Positions 39,471 through 52,135 are shown, counted from the first letter of the stretch. The stretch is 64,000 nucleotides of DNA from Octopus sinensis (GCF_006345805.1 NC_043001.1:90148001-90212000); one strand, 5' to 3'. Made by a program: numbers and translations. The notes: generated by a model not told the origin, from the sequence alone.

Positions 39471-42400
39471 AAATATTACAAATTTTAAAAATATATAATA
39501 CAATATTTATTTCTTGCATATATTTTTACCACAGATGTAAAATTCATTTTTCTTTTTGTGTATAGAACAGAACAGCCCAGTCTATCATGAAATACTTGTA
39601 AGTTTTACTGAGGATCCCCTATAGCTGCAGTTTTGTGTTAAAGGAGAATGTCGAGAGCTGTTTAAAATCCCAAATACTAAGTAACAGAGCAGCTTAAAAC
39701 TTACAAAGGCTAAGTGATAGAGTTGTACCCATAAAAAATCCTGGTAATTCATGGTTTATAATATTCTATGATTTGTTTTACCCCAGTCATAAACCATTTG
39801 ATTTTACTACTAGTGCGTGTTGATAATCTGATCCAAATGTGTTATCGCAGTCGTATTTGAGTAACAACTATCAGCATTTTGTTGTACCTCGGGAAGGTCA
39901 TTGCGTCAGTAATAAACATACGTACTGGTTCTAGTTCACTTCTTTACTGTTTGTCAATTGATTAATTATTTAGCTAATTAACCAATAGATTTTTTTGATT
40001 AATCAACCAATCAGTTATGTTTGTCCGATTTCTTTCGTCGTCATTCACGAATTCTTCAGTGACATGCCCTCTCTATTCTATGTCACCTTCAGGTCTGTCT
40101 CTTAGATGTGAGAGACAATGTGTGTGAGAGAGGAAAGGAGAGATAAAGAGAGTGTGTACGCGCGTGTATGTATGCGTGAATGTGTGTGTGGAGGTGCGTG
40201 TGTGGAGGTACGTGTGCGGAGGTGCGTGTTTGTGCAGTGTAGTTTCTTCTGTAAGTACACTAGAGAGTGTATTTGCGCGTGCATGTGTAACCGTGCGTAA
40301 TCTTTGATCTCATCAATTATGATGGTTAACATCTCACACTGGAAAGGTCTTCATTTATGGCAAGAAAATACTCCAGTTATATTCTACGAGGTCTGGTGTG
40401 CAATTGACAGGCCTTATTACTAGTAATGTAACAACACGTAAATCTAATAGTACTGTGTTCAGTGACACGAGATTCGACAGTGCAAATTGTAATTATTCAT
40501 AAAGCAGAAGACTCACTAAAAGCCAACGACTGCACATTTGAAAGAACGTCAGCGTTGGTGGAGAGAAGAAAGCCAAAGTAGAAGAAATAAAATTACAATA
40601 TCTTGTATTTATGTACTGCATACATCACAATATTTCCTCATCTGTTTCTATTTTCATTAAAGTACATGAAAATAAGAAAATAAATTAATCAATATTTTCT
40701 CTCAGAGAAGTGTGATCAAATTAGTTATTCCATTTCTCTTATTCAGAACTGCGTCAACAAGAGAAAATGGCGCCCTTGAGTTTAGCGAAGAAGAAATGGT
40801 TCTGTGATGTTCATACCCTACCTCAGTTATAAAAGAAGAAAGTAAAGTAAAAAAAAAAGATCTATGTGACACAAAAGAAAGTTGGAGGTTCAATTCGCCA
40901 GAAGCTTAAATTTTACTTTTCAGTTGAGTTCAATTTATCATTGTATATAAATACTATAGAGAGTACAATTACAATCGGAGTCATCTATGTTGGAGGGACA
41001 AAAAGTAAGTATAGCAGTGATAACAACACATCAATTGAATTATAATAATATAATATCAATAATATTAATACGCTAAATTTTTCTTTTTATACGTACCTGT
41101 TGTATGAGAGAAGTGGCAAAGCGAGTGAGAGGAGGACAGAGATGAAGTAAGAGAGAGAGAGAAAGGGAGAGTCAGAGAGAAAGTGAGAGAGAAAGAGAGA
41201 GAGAGAGAGGAAGAGAGTGAAAGAGACAGTGAGTGGTGACGCTGTTCGTTTTGTGTTTTTAAATGTTTATCACATCGCAAGAGAGGTAGATATATAGATA
41301 CATATACACATTGTTAAATCAAAAGCAGGAGAGAAGAGGGACACAAAGGAAGTGAAAGAGAAAGAGACAAAGTGAGAGAGATAGTATATACATAAAAGTT
41401 CATACATAGATACATACACACAGCAAATGCTGGATGTCAATTTCACTTTTCATTACCACACGAGGATAATATTAACACACAAATGGCTGAGTACTCCACA
41501 GGCATGCATAACATTAACGCAGTTCTCAGGGAGATTCAGCCTCACACAGAATATGACAAGGCTGACCCCTTTGAATTACAGCTACTACTCGAGACATATA
41601 TATATGAATGTATTTGTGTGTGTGTATAGTTTAGGTTAGTTAAAACATGTTTGCAATAATAAGTGTCACGTGGTGGAAATAAACGAAATTACCAAACTTT
41701 CATTCATAAATCCATTTATTATATCGTTCTTTTGCATTTCAATTTGTACATTGAGGTTCTTTGAATATGTACGATGTATCTTAAGGTTAAATAGTAATTC
41801 CGTTTGCGTTTGTGTAACAGATATTTTGGTTGGATTATATAGTCATTGGTGTTACATTACTTTCTATATTCTGTAACTGTCACAATATACTTTTCTAGGC
41901 CTGAATTTTTTGTGGGGAGGGGGCCAGTTGATTAGATCTACCCCAGTACAGAACTGATACTTAATTTATCGACCCCGAAAGGACGAAAGGCGAAGTCAAT
42001 CTCGGCAGAACTTGAACTCAGAACGTAAAGACAGACGTTCATGATATACAAACATTTCTCATGGCACCAGTACACTGTTTACAGATGCTTACATTTTTAA
42101 AGTTTTCCGTGAATTTTTCATGGGTTCAGCTAGTATATATTAATGACTATTGAGAATTATAGTATATATATTTATATATAATAATATCTGTTTCAACAAA
42201 GGATTTCACATCAGGAATATTGAAAAACAAATCCATAAATTCATACATTTACATATATGTATATAATGCATGTTGTATATACATATATGTACATAATAAG
42301 TTTATAATACATACATAAATATACATACAATAAAAACATCAGCGCACGTACGTGTATATGTGTTGATCCATTACTTGTAAAGATTGGTAGAAAAATAATT

Positions 42401-42789
42401 GCTTTAATGTCTGATCAAACAGGCATTCGCTATGAAACATGGGAACGCCCACTTTGACACTCAGGCCTACATGAGCATTCTTAGAAAAGGCTTATCTAAT
42501 GAATAAACTTGTCTCTTACTGCGACGTACCTCCTGTGTGGCATGCACCGCTCTTACGAGTTGCCCTCCTCCTATGAACATAATAACTTTGTACGACCACC
42601 CTCTGCCAATACATCAAGAGGAATTTGTTTTCTACTGTACAATGATGTCAAGTTCACGCAATATCTACTGTTGCTGCCCGAATCGCGTTTCAATTGCCCT
42701 GTTAGGCTTGCCATTGGGCCATGAATACGAAATGAAAAAAGAGAAAGGCGAGGTAGGAAGATAATATACGGCAACTATTCTGTAGGGGC

Positions 42790-43222
42790 ATTGTGAGAGT
42801 TTATTGAGCGGAAACATCTAAATCTCCACGAGCTCCAGCAGGGGGTATTGGTGAGCCCTGCTGTACTCTTTCACTACAACTTTCTCTCACTCTTTCTTCC
42901 TGTTTCTGTTGTACCTGTATTTCAAAGAGCCAGCCTTGTCACACTCTGTGTCACGCTGAATCTCCCCGATAACTACGTTAAGGGTACACGTGTCTGTGGA
43001 GTACTCAGCCACTTGCACGTTAATAAAAGAGCTGCGACGTCACTGGTGCCAAGCTGTATCGGCCTTTGCCTTTCCCTTGGATAACATCGGTGGCGTGGAA
43101 AGAGGAGGCTGGTAAGCATGGACGACTGCTGGTCTTCTATAAACAATCTTGCCCAGACTTGTGCCTCGGAGGGTAACTTTCTAGGTGCAACCCCATGGTC
43201 CTTCATGACCGAAGGGGGTCAC
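42790..43222. mobile_element. Interspersed SINE-like repeat (related pieces at 41480-41600, 48690-48835, 6410-6560)
   Basis: ctgtgtcacgctgaatctccccga.aactacgttaagggtacacg.gtctgtggagt recurs at 48690 and as reverse complement at 41480. Confidence 0.75.
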
Positions 43223-44748
43223 AACTAATTTTGTAGAAGCTCTATTATTTACAATCCAATTGCTGCCTTCGTCAGCTATAATGATGCGACATTATTTGTT
43301 CTGTTATTTGAATATAATGATACAATTGCCATCACTTCTCTCATCCCTCAAATGTATATCTTTTATCTTTAACTTGTTTTAATGATTGAACTGCGGTCAT
43401 GCTGGGGACTGCATTGAATGGTTTAATCGAAAAATCGACCACAATACTTGATTTAAACCTTGCACTTATACTATGGTGCCAATATGGCGAACTTCAAAGT
43501 TACGAGGACGTAACACTAGTTACGCTATCGAAGCTATCGAAGGACGCACGCATGTACACACACACACGTATATGCGAGGGGCTTCCACATAGTTTCCGTC
43601 TGCCAGTTATAAGTTAGTTGACCCAGAGGATATAAAAGTGGGACCGAAGTGGAAACTATATGCTTGCAAAGCAAACTACTTAACTACACAGCCATGCTTG
43701 CACCCATGTTTATTTATTTTCCTTACTGGCCTAAACTCTGTTTTATGACAGACCATTTCTATAAGTATATAAAACGATATGTCCATGAAAAAAGAAGAAA
43801 AGAAAAAAAGATCATCAGTTATTTTTACTGAATCCCATTTATCAACCCTAAATAGCTTGAAAATAAAATCGTGAGCTCCGAGACTTTGAATGTAGAAAGG
43901 CTAAATTTAATTCTGTTAAGTCCGCCAGTTCATTAGATTGAGCTGAAATATACATGAATTTTCTTGATGTAGCCTTACAACAATGTGTGGGTTGGTGTTG
44001 GGTGAAACAGATAAACTTTGAGAAATGTTTATGTAAAAATTAAAGTGACAGAAATGAAGTCAATGTTTTGTAATAACTGAACATTGCTTTTTGTCGTCTT
44101 TGTAAAATAAATGAAATAACACCAGCGAGCAAAAGTACAAATTGTTTAATTAAACCGGCACCTAGAAATATATTAAATCTATAATTTCAGCAATATTCAG
44201 CAATATTTTTATTTATTTATTTACTTTTGTATTGTAATGCTATTTGAAATGTTATTAGAAATAAATTCTACATTACATAATATAGATCTAACCATAACAA
44301 GTTAATCCTTATCTTAAAATACAGATCGTGTCTAATCGCTGGATGTAGGTCATACAACGATAAACTTTTAGTCAGAAGTGTTAGATTCAAATTTTACCTC
44401 TGTATCTGTCTGTCTGCCTATAGATATCCGTATAGGGTAGGGAAAATGATAAAGACAATGATTGAAAGCAAGTTAGTGGAGAAAGCAAACCACTGGATTT
44501 GGTTAAAAAGAGATGACGATCAATGGCTAGAAGAATGCTAATAACTTGCTGTTTTCGCAAGTGGCACCTCATCTTATGGAGAGAGGCCGGTGTGCAATAA
44601 TGCCGTCGAAAAGTAGGCCCCGGACCGGAGTGCATTCTTTCTGATGACCGTATGAACATGTTAGTGTTCTGTATGCAGAACTCTCAACTGGTAGCACTCA
44701 TATCTGCAATTTGATTACAAATATTCATGTATGTATGAATGCGTGAAC

Positions 44749-44796
<48 letters not shown>

Positions 44797-45265
44797 ACGG
44801 AGAGATAGAAAGAGAGGTAAAGAGAATTTAGACAGAGAGATAAACTAGCCACCTAAAAGATTGACTTTGTTTCATAAACATAGTCTTTGTTGCTGTAATC
44901 ATCAAACGAAAAGCCAGATGATGAGCGTAGTGGCAAAGAACACGAATAAGTTTCGATTGCTCGTTGAAACAATTTGATACTTATTACCTTTCTAATGTCA
45001 TTCAAAACATGAAAATTAGGCAATCTTGTTTCGCACCCCGCTCCGTATAATTCACAGAACTTTTATATATGTAGAAAGACCTTAACATATTAAATTTAAA
45101 AAAAAGATTATTAATTTTAGAAAATCAGAATCATGTTTGTCTCAGATCAGCCATGGTGAAGGACATCTATGATTGACTCTCTTTGCCATTGCTAAGGAAC
45201 TTTCAGATGAATCCTGTTTCCTTATAGCAAGCAATGTATCTTACATAAAAAGATAGAATGAAACT

Positions 45266-45308
<43 letters not shown>

Positions 45309-45376
45309 ATATACTAAACTATGAGAGTTATATGTTAGTTACACTTGTAGTGAATCAGATTAAAATGTGGAAACTA

Positions 45377-45943
45377 TTGCGTTGTCCGGATAGTTCGTGT
45401 CGATTTGTAAAGGAAAGAAAAAGGTCAATAAATACTTGCCATTACATTTTTAATTAACCAAATATGAACCATTTTGTTGCACAATGCGTCTCCATCTTTC
45501 CTTTAACTTGAAAATGCCCTCTTCCCAGAATTGAGGTGGTTTCATGGCAAATAATTCATCAAGGTATCTTTTTACGTCATTCAAAAAATTGAAATTTTTA
45601 CCATTAAGACTATTCTGCAGAGAACTAAATAAGTGGAAATCCGAAGGAGCAATATCTGGTGAATATGGAGGGTGGGGTAACACATCCCAGTCGAGCTGCA
45701 GCAATTTTTGTCTCGTTCCCAAAGCATCAAGTACCGAAAATGAACTTTCTTATCTTCCATTTTAAAGGGCTACAGAATTAACACAGGTTATAGGAACATA
45801 AACCTTCCACGAAAAGATAGCTTAAACTGTGCTCTAAATGGAGGTGTAGTCAAATCCTATTAATTTTATGGACTCAACCATGTTCTAAAATAAGTCGAAA
45901 GGTAAGCTACTATAAATCGGCACGAACTTTCCGGACAACCCGA
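45377..45943 (-). mobile_element. Internally deleted mariner element (567 bp)
   Basis: TA-flanked TIRs ttgcgttgtccggatagttcgtgtcgattt / aaatcggcacgaactttccggacaacccga; ORF 45450-45722 WDVLPHPPYSPDIAPSDFHLFSSLQNSL. Confidence 0.92.
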
Positions 45944-48638
45944 TATGAACGATGTGGATATGCACCTAAATATTTGATCATGCCTTTTATTTTAATCCAT
46001 TAATGATAGCAATATACTTACTCGTTGATGGAGGACATTAATCAACAATAGCATTGTGTCAGCTAATTTTATAATGTGGTGACAGCGTGTTATTGTTTAC
46101 ACCCCTCCCCACCCTATCCAAAGGTGTGCCACTGTAATTTGCTTTATTTTTAAAACTGTTTGATCGATAATCTTGTAATACATTCAAAGAAACAATTTTC
46201 TCTATGCGATATATTCCTTACTTTTGCCGCTGTGAAAGTAGAAATTATACAAGAAGCGGTTTAACCTAGAAAATGAACTATTCTGGATGTAAAATATTAT
46301 ATACGAAAGAGTCAAATCACTCTTACGATTAGGGTCCCGTTCTCTACGACTTGACGACTTGACGACTTTGGCTTCTGCACATATTGAAACATCACCAGAG
46401 AGCACCATCTCGGCAACTCTGACTTCACATCCTGGTGCATTTCCTCAGGGTACCCCCTTGACGGCTCTGACTTCCCTATAGGCTCTCGTTTCGGTATAGA
46501 TTGGCTGAAGAATGAATTACGAATAGTAAAGTAAGTCATTTTTTGCGGGCTGAGCGAACTTTTTATCACTTGTTCGACGATAGCCGTTTTTACTATCAAC
46601 TACTTGAGCAATCAAGTAGTCTAATTACATTACAACAATCATTACAGCCACGAAAAAGTGTGCAACTCACTTACCGGCCACAACGCCGCAGCTTGTTTAG
46701 ACTCACGCAGCTGACACATTTTTATTTACCTTTATTTAACTAACTACATGTTTAATGAAAATGAAAAGATGAACACATGCACCATTTACTGTTACAAGCT
46801 ATTACAGCTTAAACTACTGCCACAAGTCACGATAATTTGACCATTGTTACAAGCCACTGTAGCTTAAACTGCTGTCTCAAGTTACCGCAGCTTTTACAAC
46901 CAATGTAGACTACAGTTTACAAGCTGCTGTAGTTTACGCAAAACACTTTAGCTGATCAGTCCAAATCCTTCGTCCTTTGTATCAGCGAAAGGGCTTTTTC
47001 ATTCGGCTAGTCTCAATACGAGATACGCACTTAACTGAAAGAATGCTCAAAGAAATAAATAATTTCTACAAATTCCAGAAAGTGTGCCATGTCTTATTTT
47101 TACCGAAGAGAAATTATCAACATAGCGAAACTATTTGTTCTAATTGTGTAACATTCAAACCAATGTAGAATTAATTTTCAGATGCAAAGCTTTATTATTA
47201 TCAATGTTGTAATATTTTTTAAAGGCTTATATATTACTGATTGAATTAACTATGGACTGACAACCTTTTGTATTTTTCATATGGACTGCTGTTTTTCATT
47301 TTAGATGAAATGTCATTTTTCTATAACATATGAACTGCTTCCTATCTTTTAAACTACCTTTTTAAAATCACTATCTATGATAATTTTCCCCACAATCAAC
47401 TATGGAGCCAACAGGTCTGAAGCAGAGACCTTATTTCTAGAAACATGTTAGAAATAGCCAATATAAATACTTTTAGCAAATCTGAGTTCTACACATTTGT
47501 TATTTTGTGAGCGCACCACACGTTTTATTAACTACACACTCAAAAAGCTGACTGTAACAAGGACCAAATGTATTTGACCCTTACTTTGGAGTTCTTTGCA
47601 CTACTACAGCTTACATTAATTCAACAATCAATTGAAAATATACAAATAAAACAGATACAGAAAAAACCCATTTAGATATAATTATCCACTTAGAGGGGAA
47701 TAAGTGGACTTACAAATAGGAAGACAAAGTAAAGGATCAATAGAGACACAAAGACATGGAGTCGAATAAATTGATCGATAGATAAATAAACAGTGAAGAA
47801 AGCGGATAGCTATTGACGATAAGCGAATGCGAGGTGTGAGTGTATATGAAAGAAATACAAAGATAAATATAAATGTACACGCTGTTATAAGAGAGTAGTT
47901 AAAAGAATCGGATTCGGAGCCGGACAATCAATGTTGCTTTCGATAAGTGTTCCAGTTCCGAAATTCAAATAATCAGTGGTGACAGAATCAATAAAGCTTG
48001 GTTTACAGGCCAGAAGTTCCAAGGTCATTAGTTATTATGAGTGAAATCCAGAGTTTCTAGTTCGTTTAGCTTCAGTTAAATAAAAGGTGATAGAGATTGC
48101 AAACATGAGCGGCTGTTGCATTATTTCCAGAGGTTTATATATCTTAACCAGCTAATGCAATGAAAACTAGCACAAGGCAGCATATTCCGGCAATGCATAA
48201 AACGAAAATTAAAAGCATTTAATATAGAGCATTAATTTTCAACATAATTTTTGTTTTAATCCAACTTCTGATCAGGAGTACTTGTGACTTTTCTTCATGC
48301 AGATCTCCTATTTGTATTTTAATTTTCATGCATTTCAAAATTAATCGTCTTATTCTTTGAACTTGAATTTTTGTTTTAAATATGAGAAATTTTATTTTGT
48401 TAATCCGACTAAGTCAACTAAAGTTTAAATAACTTGTTTAAAGAAATCCCAGTGTGTCATTTTACACGTGCTACTATGGGGATCTGTTTAATTAACGTAT
48501 TGTTTTGTGTTATCCAGTCATTATACTGTGGCCACACTAGAGTACCGCCCAGAAGTATAAATATACGGCCGCTCAGGGATATGAACCTGCGATTTCAGAT
48601 TAAAAGTCTGATGGTCTAACAAATGAGATAAACTTGTA

Positions 48639-48690
<52 letters not shown>

Positions 48691-48835
48691 GTGTCACGCT
48701 GAATCTCCCCGAGAACTACGTTAAGGGTACACGCGTCTGTGGAGTGTTCAGCCACTTGCACGTTAATTTCAAGAGCAGGCTGTTCCGTTGATCGAATCAA
48801 CTAGAACCCTCGTCGTCGTAACCGACGGAGTGCCA

Positions 48836-48902
<67 letters not shown>

Positions 48903-49157
48903 ATATATATACATATGTATATTTATATATATATATATATACATGTATATATATATATATGTATATATATAATAATAAATATTAGGGAATAAATCCAAAT
49001 TTACAGGGAAAAATCAGATTTATGATTGAATCCAATTTTATAGTAAAATATTATATAATATTAATTAGAGACAAAACCACTATTATGCAAATCAAACAAA
49101 GAAAGACTTAATCCAATACATAAAAAATTTTATATAAATTAAATAAAATTAAATTCG

Positions 49158-49203
49158 CCACTACAATTGTTTCGTGTCTCTTCTAAGGACATTCATCAGG
49201 TGG
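49158..49203 (-). ncRNA. Minimal type-I hammerhead ribozyme motif
   Basis: Exact reverse complement of 49272-49317. Confidence 0.72.
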
Positions 49204-49271
49204 TTTTCAAATCTTCTATTCAATTTTAAGTTATGAAGTTAAAACTTAAAATTGAATAGAAGATTTGAAAA

Positions 49272-49317
49272 CCACCTGATGAATGTCCTTAGAAGAGACA
49301 CGAAACAATTGTAGTGG
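49272..49317 (+). ncRNA. Minimal type-I hammerhead ribozyme motif
   Basis: CCAC-CTGATGA-ATGTC(CTTAGAAGA)GACAC-GAAAC-AATT-GTA-GTGG: canonical core, 4 bp stem I, palindromic ACAATTGT stem III, GUA cleavage after 49313; A.C mismatch closes stem II. Confidence 0.72.
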
Positions 49318-49416
49318 CGAATTTAATTTTATTTAATTATATAAAATTTTTTATGTATTGGATTAAGTCTTTCTTTGTTTGATTTGCATAATAGTGGTTT
49401 TGTCTCTAATTAATAT

Positions 49417-49491
<75 letters not shown>

Positions 49492-49525
49492 GTATATTTA
49501 TATATATATACATGTATATATATAT

Positions 49526-49560
<35 letters not shown>

Positions 49561-49561
49561 G

Positions 49562-51686
49562 ATTTTGTTTTGATTTTTGATTTTTCCAGTTTCAGCTAAT
49601 GAGCTGTGGCCATGCTGGGGCACCGCCATTTGGTTTGCTACACGGTTTTACCTCACGGATGCTTTTTAGCAAACGCCATCTGATGCATGAGAGAGTTCGA
49701 TGCAGCTGCCCTCATCTGCACCTACTGCCGTGAAGTTGGTTCATCCGGGACACATGACAGGAAGAGATCCAGTCCTACTTTAAAGACATCCGCATCTACA
49801 CCATGCAGGTCCCTCAGGTTCTTCGGGAGGATATTGAAGAGCCGTGGGCCTCTGAAGCCCAGGCTATCACAATATCTTGTCCTACATCTTGATGGCAAAT
49901 TTGGAGTCCTTGGTACTACGCAGTGGCGTCCGGTTCTGGCATTTGTGTGACTCTCGATGCCAAAGTCTGGGACAAGACCTTCCAGGATCTTCCAGATATA
50001 TATTATGGCATATCTTTCTCGTCTACGCTCCAGGGAATAGAGCTTTAATCTCTTGAGTCTCTCCCAGTAGCTCATATGCTGCACAGAGGCTATCTTCTTC
50101 GTGTAGCTTCGTTGGATCGCCTCAAGTTCTGTGATCAACTTGACACTGGATGGTGACCATAGCTGAGAGCAATAGTCAAAGTGGCTTAGGACAAGTGTCT
50201 TCCAGAGGACCATCATGGTTTCTTGTTCTCTTGTTCTAAAGGTTCTAAGAATCCATCCAGCCAGCCGTCTACATTTCATTGTCAGTTTAGCAACATGTAC
50301 ATGAAAGGTCGCGTCATCACTCATGTGAATACCCAGGTCACGCACTGAGTGTGCCTCTGGGATTGCAATCCCTCCGGGTCCAGTGTATTCATTGGGTATT
50401 GCATTCAGTTTTGCATGCTGATAGTATAAAGCTTGAAACTTTTCAGCATTGAACTGCATGCTATTCTTTTCAGCCCACTTGTATATTTCGTCCAGCTCAC
50501 ATTGCAGGTGCTTAGTGTCTTCAGGGTTCTGTATTGCCTGTGAAACTTTTGTATCATCTGCATAACTTGTGATCGTGGCTCTCTGCGTGGCTGAGGGCAT
50601 GTCTGAGAGGGCCATTATGAACAGTAGTGGTCCCAAAACAGTGCCCTGCGGAACACCGCTCACTATTTGCGTGCTAATGGAAGTGGCCCCATTGGCTGCT
50701 ACCACCTGACTTCTATTCTTCAGAAAGTCATGAAGCCATTCTCCTAGTTTTCCAACTATGCCAAGATCACGCAGCTTGTGACATATCATTCCATGATCGA
50801 CTTTATCGAAGGCCTTTGCGAAGTCGAGATATATGACTTCCACATTTGAGTGGTTGAGCAGTTGTTTCAGCACCCAGTCATAGTGCTGCAGGAGCTGAGT
50901 TAAGCAGCTTCTTCCTGGTCGGAAACCATGTTGGGTGTCAGGCAGCAAGTCATTTTCTTCAAGGAAGGTGATTAGTTTCCTTCTGACTATTCGTTCCATG
51001 ACCTTGCTGATGTGTGAGGTCAGAGAGATAGGTATGTAGTTCTTGGCCTCCGCTCTGCTACCTCCTTTATGAATAGGGCATATTTTACCTTCCTTCAGTT
51101 TTCTTGGAAGTTTGCCAGCTGCAAGGAAGCTCTGAAAGAGGAACTGCAGTGGTCTTGCTAGGACTCTCTTACATACTTTTAGGAGGATTGCCGGGAATCC
51201 ATCGGGGCCAATAGCTGAGTCTGTTTTCATTTCATCTATAGCCTTTATTACATCGTCTTCCTTTATATCGATGTAATTTATCGTCGCCGCCTCTGATTCT
51301 ATATCTGCAGTGGTAAAGAAGTCAGTTGGATTGCTGATTTGGAAATGCCCAAGGGGTGGAGTGAAAACACTCTTGAATTGTTCATTCAGTATTTTACTTA
51401 CCCTCATTGGTTTTCCTGTGAGTGCGCCATCCTTTTCAAGGAGTGGCCCTATCCTACAGTGCACCGTAGCTGTTTCTTTGGCATACCTGTAGAAAGCTCT
51501 GGGGTTAGTTTTTATGTTGTCTATAGCCCAGGCTTCTTTGTCTGCTCTTTCCTTCTCATGGGAGAGTTGCAGACAATTTTCAATTTCCAACAGTTTTATT
51601 TTCAGGCGGGACTTTTCACTGCTTTCAATTTGTTTGTTTAGGCGATTTGAAATTTTTGTACGCCGTCTCATTAAAATTTTCCTCTA
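49562..51686 (-). mobile_element. Young 5'-truncated CR1/L2-group LINE with (AAATC)n-like tail
   Basis: Open RT ORF, ~140 bp 3' UTR, tail aaaaatcaaaaatcaaaacaaaatc; no endonuclease domain present. Confidence 0.93.
49722..51671 (-). CDS. Non-LTR reverse transcriptase (649 aa, N-terminally truncated ORF2)
   Basis: Motifs AIGPDG, PISLTSHISKVMERIV, QHGFRPGRSCLTQLL, YLDFAKAFDKVDH, SGVPQGTVLGPLLF, SYADDTK, RDLGI, DYCSQLWSP, LYSLERRRER. Confidence 0.93.
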   Translation of the reverse strand: MRRRTKISNRLNKQIESSEKSRLKIKLLEIENCLQLSHEKERADKEAWAIDNIKTNPRAFYRYAKETATVHCRIGPLLEKDGALTGKPMRVSKILNEQFKSVFTPPLGHFQISNPTDFFTTADIESEAATINYIDIKEDDVIKAIDEMKTDSAIGPDGFPAILLKVCKRVLARPLQFLFQSFLAAGKLPRKLKEGKICPIHKGGSRAEAKNYIPISLTSHISKVMERIVRRKLITFLEENDLLPDTQHGFRPGRSCLTQLLQHYDWVLKQLLNHSNVEVIYLDFAKAFDKVDHGMICHKLRDLGIVGKLGEWLHDFLKNRSQVVAANGATSISTQIVSGVPQGTVLGPLLFIMALSDMPSATQRATITSYADDTKVSQAIQNPEDTKHLQCELDEIYKWAEKNSMQFNAEKFQALYYQHAKLNAIPNEYTGPGGIAIPEAHSVRDLGIHMSDDATFHVHVAKLTMKCRRLAGWILRTFRTREQETMMVLWKTLVLSHFDYCSQLWSPSSVKLITELEAIQRSYTKKIASVQHMSYWERLKRLKLYSLERRRERYAIIYIWKILEGLVPDFGIESHTNARTGRHCVVPRTPNLPSRCRTRYCDSLGFRGPRLFNILPKNLRDLHGVDADVFKVGLDLFLSCVPDEPTSRQ

Positions 51687-52075
51687 TATATATGCCGTAG
51701 ATAAATAAATTGAAGTATTTTTCTGTAGATTGAAAAAATGACTAAGAGCCTCAAGCGATATTCGAACCTCATCAAATATGTCCACTCCACTTAACCAACA
51801 TATGTACTATAAATATGTTTAATGTACACTATAAATGCGTATATACAATTACTTATTACACTACTAACTAATCCAATTAACTGATGGTAAAAGAAATGAA
51901 ATTCGAGTATGTATATTATAATTAACAGAGTGGCTTTTCCAAATGTATTATACATGTGTGTGTGTGTGTATCTTAATGTATGTATATGTATATATAATTA
52001 TGCGTGTATCTATATACATATGTATATATATAAATGTATGAATATATGTGTGTGCGTATATATATATATACATAC

Positions 52076-52135
<60 letters not shown>

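Larger units (their letters stand above)
48971..49422. mobile_element. Penelope-type terminal-repeat palindrome inserted in (TA)n
   Basis: ~180 bp arms 49052-49232 / 49243-49422, near perfect (one 1-nt indel, one mismatch near the outer end), 10 nt loop; each arm carries a hammerhead motif. Confidence 0.85.
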
